A stretch of DNA of 64,000 nt, taken from Lama guanicoe. Taxonomy: Eukaryota. Positions 40,655-54,037 of the stretch are shown piece by piece. The first letter of the stretch is position 1, and every line of letters starts with the position of its first letter. Under the pieces are notes generated by a model, which saw nothing but the letters and a program-made list of their open reading frames with translations, ran no database searches and had not been told where the DNA came from. The translations under genes were made by a program, and so were the position numbers. The stretch spans positions 346,941 to 410,940 of the forward strand of contig MU053792.1 of assembly GCA_013239625.1 (NCBI GenBank). The letters run 5' to 3'.

Positions 40655-42236
40655 GCAGGAAAGTATGGTGGCAGCAGAATAGAAAGATGTGGGACTCTCC
40701 TTCTCCCATAAAAATATCAAAAATACACCTACATGGGGAACAATTCTCACAGAATACCTACTGAATGCTGAAAGTTTTCCCTACTCAGGGAACACCCTTC
40801 ACTGACTGGAAGTTCAGGAATAATAGATGGGGAACCTCCGAGACCCAAAGGATTGCGCAGCAGACAGCCTGCAGCAGGCAGAACAGAGAGAGACCAGCAC
40901 AGCCAGTCCTTGCCATGTTGCTATACTTTCCAGCCCAACATGCACATCTGCTGGTGTGTGCGCAGTGGTTAGGTGCTGAAACTGGGCTTCAGCATACATA
41001 TTTAGATAAAGAACTTGGTTTAGTGGCATGGAGGAAGCGCAAAGGGTCTGGTCCAGGGGGCAACCGGATGTGTGTGCAGGATGAAGCCTGAATTCACCAT
41101 AGAAACCCCATTGTTAACACACAAGAAGGGAGGAGCAAACCTCCACCAAAGCAGCCTCACTCTTGCGTGCTCACAGTGGGTGCAGGTCAAGGCCAGTTGC
41201 AGTGCCTTGAACAACATCCAAACTGATTAATGGTGTGCTCACTCATAGAGGGCTTTGGGGGCATGCACAAGCAGAAGTGGGGCTGAAATCTGGGCTGGTT
41301 CCCAGTGTGCACATGGTGGAGGCAGTGCCAAGGACACTGCCAAATACAGAGTATGTTATGAGCACACACACCAGGTGACAGGCAACATCACAGAGCACAC
41401 GTATAGGTGGACAATTCCTGGGGAGGAATACTCAGTGGCTCCTTTCCCAGAAGGAGCACTTTAGTCCTGCTTCCCTCACACCCTACCTTGGATCTGAGGG
41501 CTCCCATCCCAACAACTGGGGAGCAGACCCTGGCTCTGACAGAGCTGAGACGGCCACAGAGCAAAGATGCCCTGCCCAACATCCAGTGTAGGCTCTGGTC
41601 ATCACAACACCAGTTACACCCCCCATCAAGGAAATAATAATCAGCACACCCCGAGGAAACATGTGGTAGGCACCCACAGCAAAAACAGTCCTGATATTAA
41701 AATACTGGATTCACACAGGCTGCACAGGGACACTCCTACGTAAAAACAGCCATTCAAGATCACAGTAGATAACTGTTTCCCCTAAATTCATAGAATCAGA
41801 GAAATATAAGTAAAATGAAAAAAAAAAAAAGATAAACAATTCCCAATTAAAAGAGCAAGGAAAATCCCCTGAGAGAACAGGGAGACAGACCTCTTTACTC
41901 TACCAGACCTCAAGTTCAAAAAGGAGGTGATAAAAATGCTAAATGAATGGAGAAATGCTATAGATAAAGATGCAGGTAACTGTAACAAGGGACTAGAAAT
42001 TATAAAGAGGAGACCATCGAAATTAGACAATTTCCACAATGAACACTGAGCTAAAGGCATTAAATAGCAAACTAAGTAAAGAAGGATGAATAAATGATCT
42101 CAGAGATAGAATAATGGAGATCACCCAATCAGAACAGCAGACAAAAAGGAAAAGATCTTTTTTAAATGAAAGCAACGTATGAGACTTATGGGATAATACA
42201 AACTGTGCCATCCTATGCATAATAGAGATCCCAGAA
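40655..42236 (+). mobile_element. Younger L1-family 5'UTR and first half of ORF1, 3'-truncated
   Basis: GC-rich UTR; 41720-42236 is homologous to 60245-60790. Confidence 0.9.
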
Positions 42237-43021
42237 GCTTCTGTTTTACAAGAGTTAAAAATAAAATGAGAAAAGAGCATGGGATTCTATGTCAGAAATG
42301 TTTTTATTCTGTTCTTTTCAGTTGTAGATGAATGAGTTCCAGCATCTCATTTCAAAATAAAATACTTACGATATTTATATTAAATAAATCAAAAACTTTC
42401 TGGATCAGTAAAGTAGTTCAACTATCTTACAAGAGTTGTACACAGAAGAGTATAGGGTATTTTTATAGGATGTGTTACATTGAGATGTATTGGGTATTTT
42501 AAATGTTTACAACAATGCCATTTTTTCTTTGTCTTTGACATCTCACTTTTTGTTAAAACTATTATTTCCAAATTCTTAAAACTATTTCCCCATAAACTTT
42601 TTGCCACTGTTTCATATTCACTGCTAAGAAATCAATCCAACAAACCAATTGCCATTGTAAAAGTCCCCAAGTCAATCACTGATACAAAAATGCTAGAAAA
42701 TCTGGAACCAATGGAGCCAATTTTTTATAGATTTATTTCAAATTTGACTAATCCCTATTATCTCTTTTTATATTTGTTAAATGAAGACAAGAGTCCTGGT
42801 ATCACAATTATTAATTTAGTTATTCAATTGTTTATACATTCCATTATTTATTAATTAAATGATTAAATAAATAATCATATATTATTATTTTGCTTATTTA
42901 ACAAAAAATCCAGGCACCCTGTTGCACACTGTGGCTTCAGCAATTGAACAAGTAAATATTCCTTCTTTATGCTTTGTTTGAAGAGACATAGGCATCAAAT
43001 ATTAAGAAATATAAGGTGGAA

Positions 43022-43039
43022 TGTGTGTCTGTGTGTGTC

Positions 43040-43078
<39 letters not shown>

Positions 43079-43088
43079 ATGTGTGTGT
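43022..43088. repeat. Compound (TG)n(AG)n microsatellite
   Basis: Direct inspection. Confidence 0.95.
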
Positions 43089-46000
43089 TGTAGGTGACAC
43101 TATACAAAATCATTTCAATTTTCTGAAAGCCTAAGTGTTTGTATAATTAATTGTTATAACTATAGAATCTCTTGACAATGCCAAACGTTTCTTTCCAAGA
43201 GAAGTCTTTGTCTATAGACCAAAAGATTGAGACGTAGTTAAGTTTGCTCTTAGCCAAAAGGTATATCATTTTAAAAAGGACTAAATTCTTATGTAATCAT
43301 GCAAAAATTTGAGTAATAAAGTCAAATACTGGGCCAAAATGCTATAGGAAATATTGAAATAGTTTTTTAGTTAACACATCTGAGAACAATGTATTATTTG
43401 AAAGTGTACTGATGTAATTTATTACACACTGCTGAAAGAAGACAGGCTGATTTCTGATCTGTGCATATAAAATATATCTGCCTATTTCATAATGCTTCAA
43501 GTGGTGATTAATAAATTTTTCACACATCAATTTAATGTACTTCTCCCGATAGGCTTTTCAAACCCATTTATTTTCTTTTGTACCCCTTGTGTAAAGTTCT
43601 AGATTGAAAATTTAAGCATTAGTGGTTGTAAAATTTAATTAATTAATTAATTTAATTGAAGGATTGTTGATCTACCATATTCATTTCAAGAGTACAAAAC
43701 AGTGATTCAATATTTTATAGATTATATTACATTTAAAGTTATTATAAAACCTTGGCTATATTCCCTATGCTGTACACAACATCTTTGCAACTTACGTATT
43801 TTATACATAGTAGTTTATACTTCCTTAATCCTCTACCTTCTATAGCCCTTCCCCATTTCTCCCCCTTGTTAGCCACTAGTGTGTTCCCTGTATCTGTGAA
43901 TCTATTTCTCTTTGCTTATATTCATTTATTGTCTTATTAGATTCCACATTTAAGTGATAACATAAAGTACTTCTACAACTGATTTATTTCACTTAGCATG
44001 ATAGCCTTCAGGTCCATACATTTTGTTGCAAAAGGCAAAAATAAATTCCTTTTCATGGCTGAGTAGTATTCCATTGTATGTATATATGCTACGTTTTCTT
44101 TATTCATTCATCTGTTGATGGACCTTAGATTGTTTTTATATCTTGGCTATTGTAAATAATGCTGCTATGGACATTGGAGTGCATGTATCTTTTCAAATTA
44201 GTGTTTCCATTTTCTTAGGTTAAGTACCCATGAATGTAATAGCTGGATCATGTGGTAGTTCTATTTTTAGCTTTTTGAGGAACCTCCATATCCCCTTCTA
44301 TATTGACTAAAACAGTTTACATTCCCACCAACAGTACTGAGCTTCCCTCTTCTTCACATCCTCTTCAATATTTTTCACTTGTTGTATTTTTGGCAGGTAT
44401 ATTCTGACATGTGTGAGGTGGTATCTTATTGTGTTTGATTTGCATTTCTCTGACGATTAGCAATGTTGAATATTTTTCATGTGCCTGTTGGTCACACATT
44501 TGTCTTTTTGGGAAAAAAAGTCTATTTGATTCTTTTGTCTATTTAGTTGGATTACTTGTTTTTTTGATACTGAGTTGTGTTAAATGTTTATATATTTTGG
44601 ATATCACTTATTGGGCAAATATTGTCTCCCGTTTAGTGGATTGTCTTTCATTTCATCAGTGGTTACCTTTGATGTGCAGAATCTTTTTAAGGCTAATGAG
44701 GTCTCATTTCTTAATCTTTGCTTTTGTCCTTTGCCTGAGGAGACACACCTACAAACACATTGCTAAGTCTGATGTCAAAGAGTGTTCTCTTCCCTTCCAG
44801 AAGTGTTATGGTTTACAGTCTTACATTCAAGTCTATGATCTATTTTAAGTTTCTTTTTCTATTTGGTGTGAGAAAATGTTCTAATTTTTTACATATAGCT
44901 TCCCAGCTTTCCCAGCACCACTTATTGAAGAGACAGTATTTTCTCCCTTGTTTAGTCTATTCTTGCCTCCGTGTCATAGACTGATTGACCACGAGTGTGT
45001 GGGTTTATTTGGGGGATCTCTGTTCTGTCCCATTGTGTCTGCATTTGTGCTAGTACCATGCTGTTTGATGACTGTAGCTTTGTAGGATAGTCTGAATTCA
45101 GGGAACATGATACCTCCAATTTTATTCTTTTTTTGCTCAAGATTACTCTGGCATTTTACTGTATTTGTTTTATTCCAATATTAATTTTGGAATTATTTAT
45201 TCCTGTTATGTGAAAAATGTCATGGGTATTTTGATAGAGATTGCATTGTCTGTAGATTTCTTTGAGTAGTATGAACATTTTAAAATATTAATTTTTTCAA
45301 TACATGAACATGAGATATCTTGCCAATTATATCATCTACAATTCCCGTCATCAGTGATTTACATTTTTCAGAGTATCTGTGTTTCACATCCTTGATTATG
45401 TTATTCCTAGGCATTTTATACATTTTGATGTGATTTTGGAAGGGATTGTTTTCTTGCTTTCTCTTTCTGATAGCTCAGTATTATTGTGTAGAAAAACAGC
45501 ATATTTCTGTATTTTAATCTTGTATTCAACAACTTTACTGAATTCATTTATTAGCTCTAATTGTTTTTTATGGGGACTGTATTATTTTTTCTACATAGAG
45601 CATCATGTCATCTCAAAATAATCACAGTTTTACTTCTCACCTTCAATTTGAATGTCTTTTCTTTCTTTCTTTACTTTTTTTTTTTGTCTGATTGCTAGGG
45701 CTAAGAATACCTATATTACATTGAACAGAAATGGCAAGAATGGGCATCTTTGTATTGTTCCTGATTTTAAAGAAAAACATTTCAGGATTCACAATTGAGT
45801 ATGATGTTAATTCTATATGTTCCCTCTGTACCAGCTTTGATGAGAATTTTAATCATAAATTGATGTTAAACCTTGTCAAATGATTTTACTGCATCTACTG
45901 AGATAATCACATAATTTTTTATTCCTTATGTTAATGTGGTGTATTGTATTGATTTATGGATATTTAACAATGCCTATGTCCCTGGAATAATTTCCACTTG

Positions 46001-46518
46001 ATCAATATTTATAATCTTTCTTATATATTGTTGAATTTAGTTTGCTAATACTTTGTTGAGGATTTTTGCACCAAAAATCATCAGAGATATTGGCCTGTAA
46101 TTTTCTGTAGTGCCTTTTTCTTGAATTTTATGCATGAATTGGGGAGTGTTTCCTCGTCTTTAATTTTTTGGAATAGTTTGAGAAGGATAGGCATAAATTC
46201 CTCTTTATATGTTTGGTTGAATTCCAGTGTGAAGCCACCCAGTACTGGACATTTGTTTGCCTAAAGTTTTTTATTACTAATTCAATTTTACTACTAGTGA
46301 TTTGTCTGTTCATATCATCTATTTCTCCCTGATTTAGTATTGAAAATTTGTATGTTTCTATAAATTATCCATTTCTTCTAGACTGTTTAATTTGTTGACA
46401 TGCAGCTATTTACATAATTATTTTATTTTATTTTATTTTGTATCTCTGTGATACCTGTTGTAATCTCTCCTCCTTCAATTCTTAATTTGTTCTTTTGGGT
46501 GCTCTCTCTCTTTCTTAA

Positions 46519-48775
46519 ATTTGATATATTTTTATTGAAGTATAGTCAGTTTGCAATGTTATGTCACTTTCTGGTGTATAGCACAATACTTCAGTCATAT
46601 AGGAACATACATATTTTTGCTTTCATATTCTTTTTAACCATAAATTACTACAAGATACTGAATATAGTTCCCTGTACCATGCAGCACGTTGCTTATCTAT
46701 TTTACGTATAGTAGCTAGTATCTGCAAAGGTCGAACTCCCAATTTATCCCTTCCCACCCCCAGCTCCCGCATTGGGTAACCATAAGTTTGTTTTCTACTT
46801 CTGTGAGTCTGTTTCTGTTTTGTAAATAAGTTTGTTTATCTTTTTTTTTTTTTTAGATTCCATTTATAAGTGGTATCATACAGTATTTTTCTTTCTCTTT
46901 CTGGTTTACTTCACTTAGAATGACATTCTCCAGGTCCATCCATGTTGCTTCAAATGACATTATTTTATTATTTTTTATTTTTATTATTGTATTATTTTAT
47001 TATTGATTGTATAAATATACCACAGCTGCTTTATCCAGTCATCTGCTGATGGACATTTAGGTTGTTTCCATGTCTTGGCTGTTGTAGATAATCTGCTATG
47101 AACATTGGGGTGCATGTATCTTTTTGAATTAAGATTTCCTCTGGATATATGCCCAAGAGTGTGATTGCTAGATCATATGGTAGGTCTATTTCTAGTCTTT
47201 TGAGGAATCTCCATACTGTTTTCCATAAAGGCTGCACAAAACTGCTTTCCCACCAACAGTGTAAAAGAGTTTCCTTTTCTCCACAGCATCTCCAGCATTT
47301 ATTGTTTCTGGATTTTAGAATGATGGCCATTCTGACTGGTGTGAGATGATACCTCATTGTAGTTTTGATTTGCATTTCTATAATAATTAGCAATATTGTG
47401 CATTTTTTCAACTACAGCCAGCGTATTACTCAATGGTGAAAAGTTGAAAGACTTTCCACTAAAATCTGGAAAAAGATAAGGATGCCCACTCTCGCCACTT
47501 CTATTCCATATAGTATTGGAAGTCCTAGCCATAGCGATCAGACAAGAAAAAGAAATAAAAGGGATCCAAATCGGAAGAGAAGAGGTAAAATTGTCATTAT
47601 ATGAAGATGACATGATATTATATATAGAAGACCCTAAAGACTCCACACAGAAACTACTAGAGCTAATAAAAGAATTCAGCAAGGTAGCAGGATACAAGAT
47701 TAACAGACAGAAATCAGTGGCATTTCTTTACATTAACAATGAAATACCAGAAAAGGAAATGAAAGAAACAATCCCTTTTAAAATTGTATATAAAAAATAA
47801 AATACTTAGGAACGAATCTGACCAAGGAAGTGAAAGACTTATATGTGGAGAATTACAAAGCATTCACTAAGGAAATTAAAGATGACTTAAAGAAATGGAA
47901 ACCTGTCCCATGTTCTTGGATTGTAAGAATTAATATTGTTAAAATGGTCATATTACCCAAAGCAATCTACAGATTTAAAGCAACTCCTATCAAATTACCC
48001 AGGACATTTATCACAAAATTAGAACAAATATTACTAAAATTTATGTGGAATCACAAAAGACCCAGAAATGCCAAAGCATTACTGAAGAAAAACAATAAAG
48101 CTGGAGGAATAACCCTCCCAGACTTCAGACAATACTAAAGAGCTACGGTAATCAAAACATCATAGTATTTGTACAAAAACAGAATAGAGAGCCTAGAAAT
48201 AAATCTACAAACTTTTGGTCAATAAATCTTTGGCAAAGGAGGCAAGAACATACAAGGGAGTAAAGAGAGTCTCTTCAGCAAATGGTGTTGCGATAACTGG
48301 ACAGAAGCATGTAAATCAATAAAGTTAGAATACTCCATCACAACACACACAAAAATAAACTTAAATGTCTTAAAGACTTAAACATAAGACAAGACACTAT
48401 AATCTCTTAGAAGAAAACATAGGCAAAACTTTATCAGACATAAATGTCAGCAATGTTCTCCTACAGCAGTCTACCCAAACAATAGAAATAAGAGCAAAAA
48501 TAAACAAATGGGACCTCATTAAACTTATAAGCTTTTGCACAGCAAAGGAAACCATAAGCAAAACAAAAAAAACAACCTACAAAATAAGAGAAAATATTTG
48601 CAAAAATGAGACTGACAAAGGCTTAATCTCAGAATATACAAATAGGTCATACAACTTAATAGGAAAAAAAAAAAACAACCCAATCCAAAATTAGGCAGAA
48701 GACCTAAACAAACAATTCTTCAAAGAAAACATACAGATGGCCAATAGGCACATGAAAAAATGTTCAATATCACTA
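46519..48775 (-). mobile_element. Nested LINE-1 with 5' inversion (minus 46519-47410, plus 47411-48775)
   Basis: ORF 47031..47411(-) is the ORF2 C-terminus; ORFs 47516..47800 and 47830..48138(+) are RT (LYEDDMILY) and downstream; host L1 'tcttaa' occurs on both sides. Confidence 0.93.
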
Positions 48776-51357
48776 TTTTTTTTTTGTCTTAATGAGCCTG
48801 ACTAAAGGCTTATCAACTTTGTTTACATTTTCACAAAAACAGCTCTTGGTGACATAAGCCTATATTGCTATAAACTTTCTTCTTAGAAGTTCTGTAGCGG
48901 TGTTTCATATATTTTAGAAATTTGTGTTTTATTTTTATTTATTCTGAGGATTTTTTTCTGATTTACTCTTTGATTTCTTCATTTGTCTATTTGCTTTTTG
49001 TTTGTACGTTTTTCAGTCTCCACATTTTTGTGTTTTTCCCATTTTTCTTCCTTAATTGATTTCCAGTTTTATACTATTGTGGTCAGAAAAAAGTGCTTAA
49101 TAAATTTTCTATCTATTTAAATGTGCTAACATTCGATTTGTAGCCTGGTATAGGACCTATCCTGGTGAATATCTCATGTGCACCTGAAAAGAATGTGTGT
49201 TCTGTTGTTTTGGGATGGAATGTCCTGTAGATCTCTATCAAGTTCAACCACCCTAATGTGACATTTGAAAACCACTGCTTCCTCATTGATTCTATCTTGA
49301 TGATATGTCCTTTGATGTAAATGTGGTGTTTAAGTCCCCTACTATTATTGTATTATTGTCAATTTATCCCTTTATGTCTGTTAATACTTTTTTTATATAT
49401 TTAGGTGTTCCTATATTAGGTGCGTATCTGTTAATGAATGTTATATTTTCTTCTTTTGTTGATCACTTAATCATTATATAATGCCCTTCTTTGCCTTGTG
49501 TCATAGACTCTATTTAAGAGTCTGCTTGGAGTATTGATACTCCAGCTTTTTGTTTGTTTGGTTGGTTTCCATTGTCATGGAATATCTTTTTCCTCTTGCT
49601 GCTTTTAGAACTCTCTCTTTATGTTTATCTTTTGCCATTTTAATGTGATATGTCTGTGTGTTTCTCTTTGGGTTCATTTTGTTGGGACTCTCTGTTTCCT
49701 TTACCTGGATATCAGTTTCCTTCCTCAGGTCTGGGAATTTTTCAGCTGTAATTTCATCAGATAGTTATGACTCTTTTTCATCAGATACAGTTATGGCCCT
49801 TTTTCTCTCTCTTATCCTTCTTGGACCTTTATAATGTGAATTTTGCTATGCTTGATGTTGTCTCAGTGGTTCCTTAAACTGTCCTCATTTTTAATTAATC
49901 AATTAATTAATTTTTGTTGTTCTGATTGAGTGATTTCCACTATTTTATCTTCCAGGTTGCTTATGTGTTCTTATATATCACCTGGTCTGTTATTAAGTCT
50001 TTCTAATGTGTGTTATAGTTTTTTTTTTTTATTTTAGTTATTTTACTCATCAGCTCTAATTCATCATTTTTCTTAATATTTTATAGCTCCTTGTTAAAAT
50101 TCTTATTTATCTGTTCTTTTCACATGTTTAGTTAACATTCTTGTTACTAATGTTTTGAACTCTTTCTCTGATGAATTATTTACCTCCACTTTAATGGTTG
50201 TTGGTTCATGTTTCTTTTTTTTCCTTTTATTTGAAACATGTTTCTTTGTCTTCTCATTTTTTAACTTTCTCTGTCTCTATGAAATTAGGTGAAATAGTTA
50301 TGTATCCTGTTTTTGAAGAGATGTCTTTTTGTGGTGGTGTCCCTATGCTGTCTGTGTGCAGTCAGTGGCTTTGGTGGGAGAACTCACATTAAACTGAGCA
50401 TCAGCCACATTTTCCCCTGGGTGTACTGGCAGCTACTACCTTGGTGGGAGGTAGGGCTGGAGATAGAGATGGTAGAGCTTGGGTCAGGAGTAAGCTAAGG
50501 CATCTTTTATGCTCAATGGCCATCATTACCTTATCAGTAGTGGGCCAGGTCTCAAAGTGCTGAAGCACAAGCCTTGAAGTTTGGGTCTAAGCTGGTTCTG
50601 TTTCTTCTAGGTGACCGCTCTCACCCCTACCATGACACCTTTGCCCAGTATAGAGCAGAGGGGCTGGAATGGGTGCCCAGTGCAGGCTGAGACATGCCTG
50701 GGAAGGTTCCAGCACACAAGTCAGAGTTCCAGATAGGTCCCAATTCACCACCTCCATGAGTGCCAGAGATGACTACCATCACCCTGTTCAGATGCTGTGC
50801 CATGTTTATGCCAGCTTTGTTCTCACCAAGTGCATCCTTTCTTTGACAATGACAGCCTTCACCCTAGTAAGAACCTACACTATGACAACAGGGGTTGGAG
50901 CAGGCATCTTGTGCTGGAAAGGGCACTTGCAGAGGCAGTCATGGGGAATGGGCCAGACCGCCAGGCAGTTCCAAATTAGTTTCTTTCTCATTGTTTTGGG
51001 GAATAAGAAAGCGTGTGCACATGGTCTTCACGAGTGGAGCCTTGGTTTCTTACAGGTCCTCTGTAAGTTCCACTGGTTTTCAAATCAGCTAAGGAAATTC
51101 ATCTTCCCAAAGTCAGACACCGAGCTGGGGCTTCCAATATGTGGCTTGGACCCCTCACTCCCCAGGAGGCTCTCCAATACCATGATACCCCCTTCTTTTC
51201 TGTGACCCTCGCTAGAGTCACAGGTCCTGACTTGATTCCTTCTCCTCCCTTCCTATCCAACTCCATGTGGATCTTTTTGAGTCTTGGTTGTAGAAGAGTC
51301 TTTCTGCCATTCTACAGTTTGGCTTTCAGTGAAAGTTGTATCACATGTAGATGTATT

Positions 51358-51902
51358 CTTTTTTATAACATTTTCTATTGAGTTATAGTCATTTTACAAT
51401 GTTGTGTCAAATTCCAGTGTAGAGCACAAGTTTTTAGTTATACATGAACATACATACATTCATTGTCACATTTTTTTCTCTGTGAGCTACCACAAGATCT
51501 TGTATATATTTCCCTGTGCTATACAGTATAATCTTGTTTATTCTACATTTTGAAATCCCAGTCTGACCCTCACCACCGCCTGCCCCCTTGGCAACCACAA
51601 GTTTGTATTCTATGTCTATGAGTCTGTTTCTGTTTCTGTTTTTTTTTTAAGATTCCACATATGAGTGATCTCATATAGTATTTTTATTTTTCTTTCTGGC
51701 TTACTTCACTTAGAATGACATTCTCCAGGAACATCCATGTATCCATGTTGCTGCAAATGGTATTATGTTGTCAGATTTTATGGCTGAATAGTATTCCACT
51801 GCATAAATATACCACATCTTCTTTATCCAGTCATCTGTTGATGGACATTCAGGCTGTTTCCATGTCTTGGCTATTGTAAATAGTACTGCTATGAACATTG
51901 GT
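51358..51902 (-). mobile_element. 5'-truncated LINE-1 3' end nested in the host L1 5'UTR
   Basis: ORF 51710..51934 contains PMFIAVLFTIAKTWKQPECPSTDDWIKKMWYIY. Confidence 0.93.
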
Positions 51903-54037
51903 GTATTTGGTGAGGGGATGAACTCAGCAGCCACCTACTCTGTCATCTGGATCTCCTCTCTATTAGTTGTCCAATTTTAATCCACAATGTAAAATATGAT
52001 TCTGGCCAGTCATCACTTTTCTACAGCCTCATTTTATATCAATAAATTCTGAGAAGACACAATTTCCTCTACCAAATGATTTTCATAATTGGATAACTCA
52101 GCTGAGAGTATGGGGTATAAGAATTCCCAGGAAAGTAAATGGCATCATTGGCAGGATTTTTTAAAATACAGACAAGCTAGAGATAAAGAGAAAATAAGCA
52201 ACTTAAAACTACAAGGATGATTTGGCTCTAAAATAAAAGTTACCTAAATTTTTTAATAATTGGATGAATAAACTGTAGTAAGCACAGTACACTAACAATT
52301 TATTGATGTGCACTAAAATAGTTAGACACTGCATATGCTATAGTCCATACTAGGGGTTTCATTCAAAACAAGTCATCAGTGAGAACTTACAGATAATTGA
52401 AAACAGCCAGTTTTTAAAGTAACTAAATAAATTTATGTCAACTATAATTCAAGGGAGCATCTTAAGTAAAGAAGGGATAGGTTCAACAAACCTAATATAC
52501 CTCAGTCAATCAGTAATATATCTTTCATTTAGGATATTTTTAAAAGTCTTTTAAATATTTTCATACTTTTAGCCATAAGAAATATAAGAAAGCATAGCAA
52601 AAAAAAGCCTTGGATATAGTTCCCTTTCCATCAAGACATATTTAAAATCTAGTGCACAGTATGGTTAAGCAGTTAAATTTAATAGACTGTGAGTTTTGGC
52701 TCTCATAAAATAATTTTTCTTTGCTAGTATTGATTCACTAACATCTTACTGAGTGGAATGTATGTTTTGTGGGTGTTTTAGATAGTCTTATTGATTCCCC
52801 TGAAGGTTGAGAAGGTGAGAAGCATAGAAATGGTTTTGATTTTTTATTAAAAATTAGTTGTGATCAAGCTTAAAACTCAAGGGTAATCTGTTTATAAACT
52901 ATGCCCCTTTAAAGCTGCTTTCACTGTGAAACCAAAGGAAGCTAATTAGATTGAGCTTCATTAATGGAAAGAAGGAAAGGTGGTGTATCTTTCTGTTCTG
53001 AGCAGGTGAGGCCAGAACTGCAGAATGTATCCAAATCTGACGGATAAAGTTTAAGGAAGACTAGAGGTAAACTGCAAATGCATTAGTAATAATGTGACCA
53101 AAATATTGAGAAGTCTCAATACTATGTAAATGAGAATCTCTGTGGGGACTTTTTGTTTGATTGATTTGGGTTTTTTTAATATTTGTTTTAGTCTGATTAG
53201 TATCTTTATGCATTTGGAAGACTACCATTTGAAAGAGGAATATACCTCAAAAAGTATGAGTCTACCTTAAGAAAATTTTATGAGAATTTGGCACATATAT
53301 AATTATCATAGTATCTGGCACATAATAAGCACTAGACAACTGTTAACCATATAAATTATTATTGTTGTAGCATATTAATCAAGGAAGAACTTGTAGAAAT
53401 TAATGCCTGTGAAGAGGAATTTTTACAGCCCATTGATGCATCTTTAAAGTGCCTATGTTTACTATTTGAATATGAAAATTACACCTACTCTTTATGAATA
53501 ATAATAAAATGGTGTAATGGGCAATAAAAACCTATAAGAAGGCTGATTTTGAATCAATGGAAGAAAGAATGTTTGCAGGATTTTGAAAGATGGACTAAAA
53601 AATAAAAACCCCAGAAATAATAACCATTTTCATAACGAGGTGCTAAAGCTGTAAGCACAGCTACAAAGGGGAATAATATGGAGAAAACCCTAGGAGAAAC
53701 AGGAATCAGAATCTAAATTGTATGAACTTTTAAGTTTCACCTAAACAAGATAACCTATAATGCCATTAAATCTTATGCATATTTATGCTAAATAAGTATC
53801 TTGGAAAAGGCAAAAACAATTCTCATTTTAAAATTAAACAGTTTCTGTTTTCAAAAGACAGAATATTTGTTCCATATGAGTGAATTATTCCATTATCAGA
53901 AAAAAATAGATAAAACAAAAATAGAAAGGAAAAACATTTCTCTCTCTCTACTTGCACAGTGTTAGTATGCTAATACATTAGTGCATTTCTCCATTGTATA
54001 ATTCTGTTTATTTTACATGGTTATAGCCATTCTGTAA

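Larger units (their letters stand above)
43635..51957 (-). mobile_element. Near full-length degraded LINE-1 hosting two nested younger L1 insertions
   Basis: 3'UTR at 43635; ORF2 to 46518, resuming at 48785-49590; ORF1 ~49590-50280; 5'UTR to 51355, resuming at 51903-51957. Confidence 0.9.

Noticed and set aside
42422..42854. Overlapping ORFs on both strands, including a KKWHCC motif
   Set aside because: No recognisable family, in-frame stops upstream on minus, no convincing splice boundaries
50669..51205. Longest ORF in the track (178 aa)
   Set aside because: Lies antisense within a GC-rich L1 5'UTR; no recognisable protein
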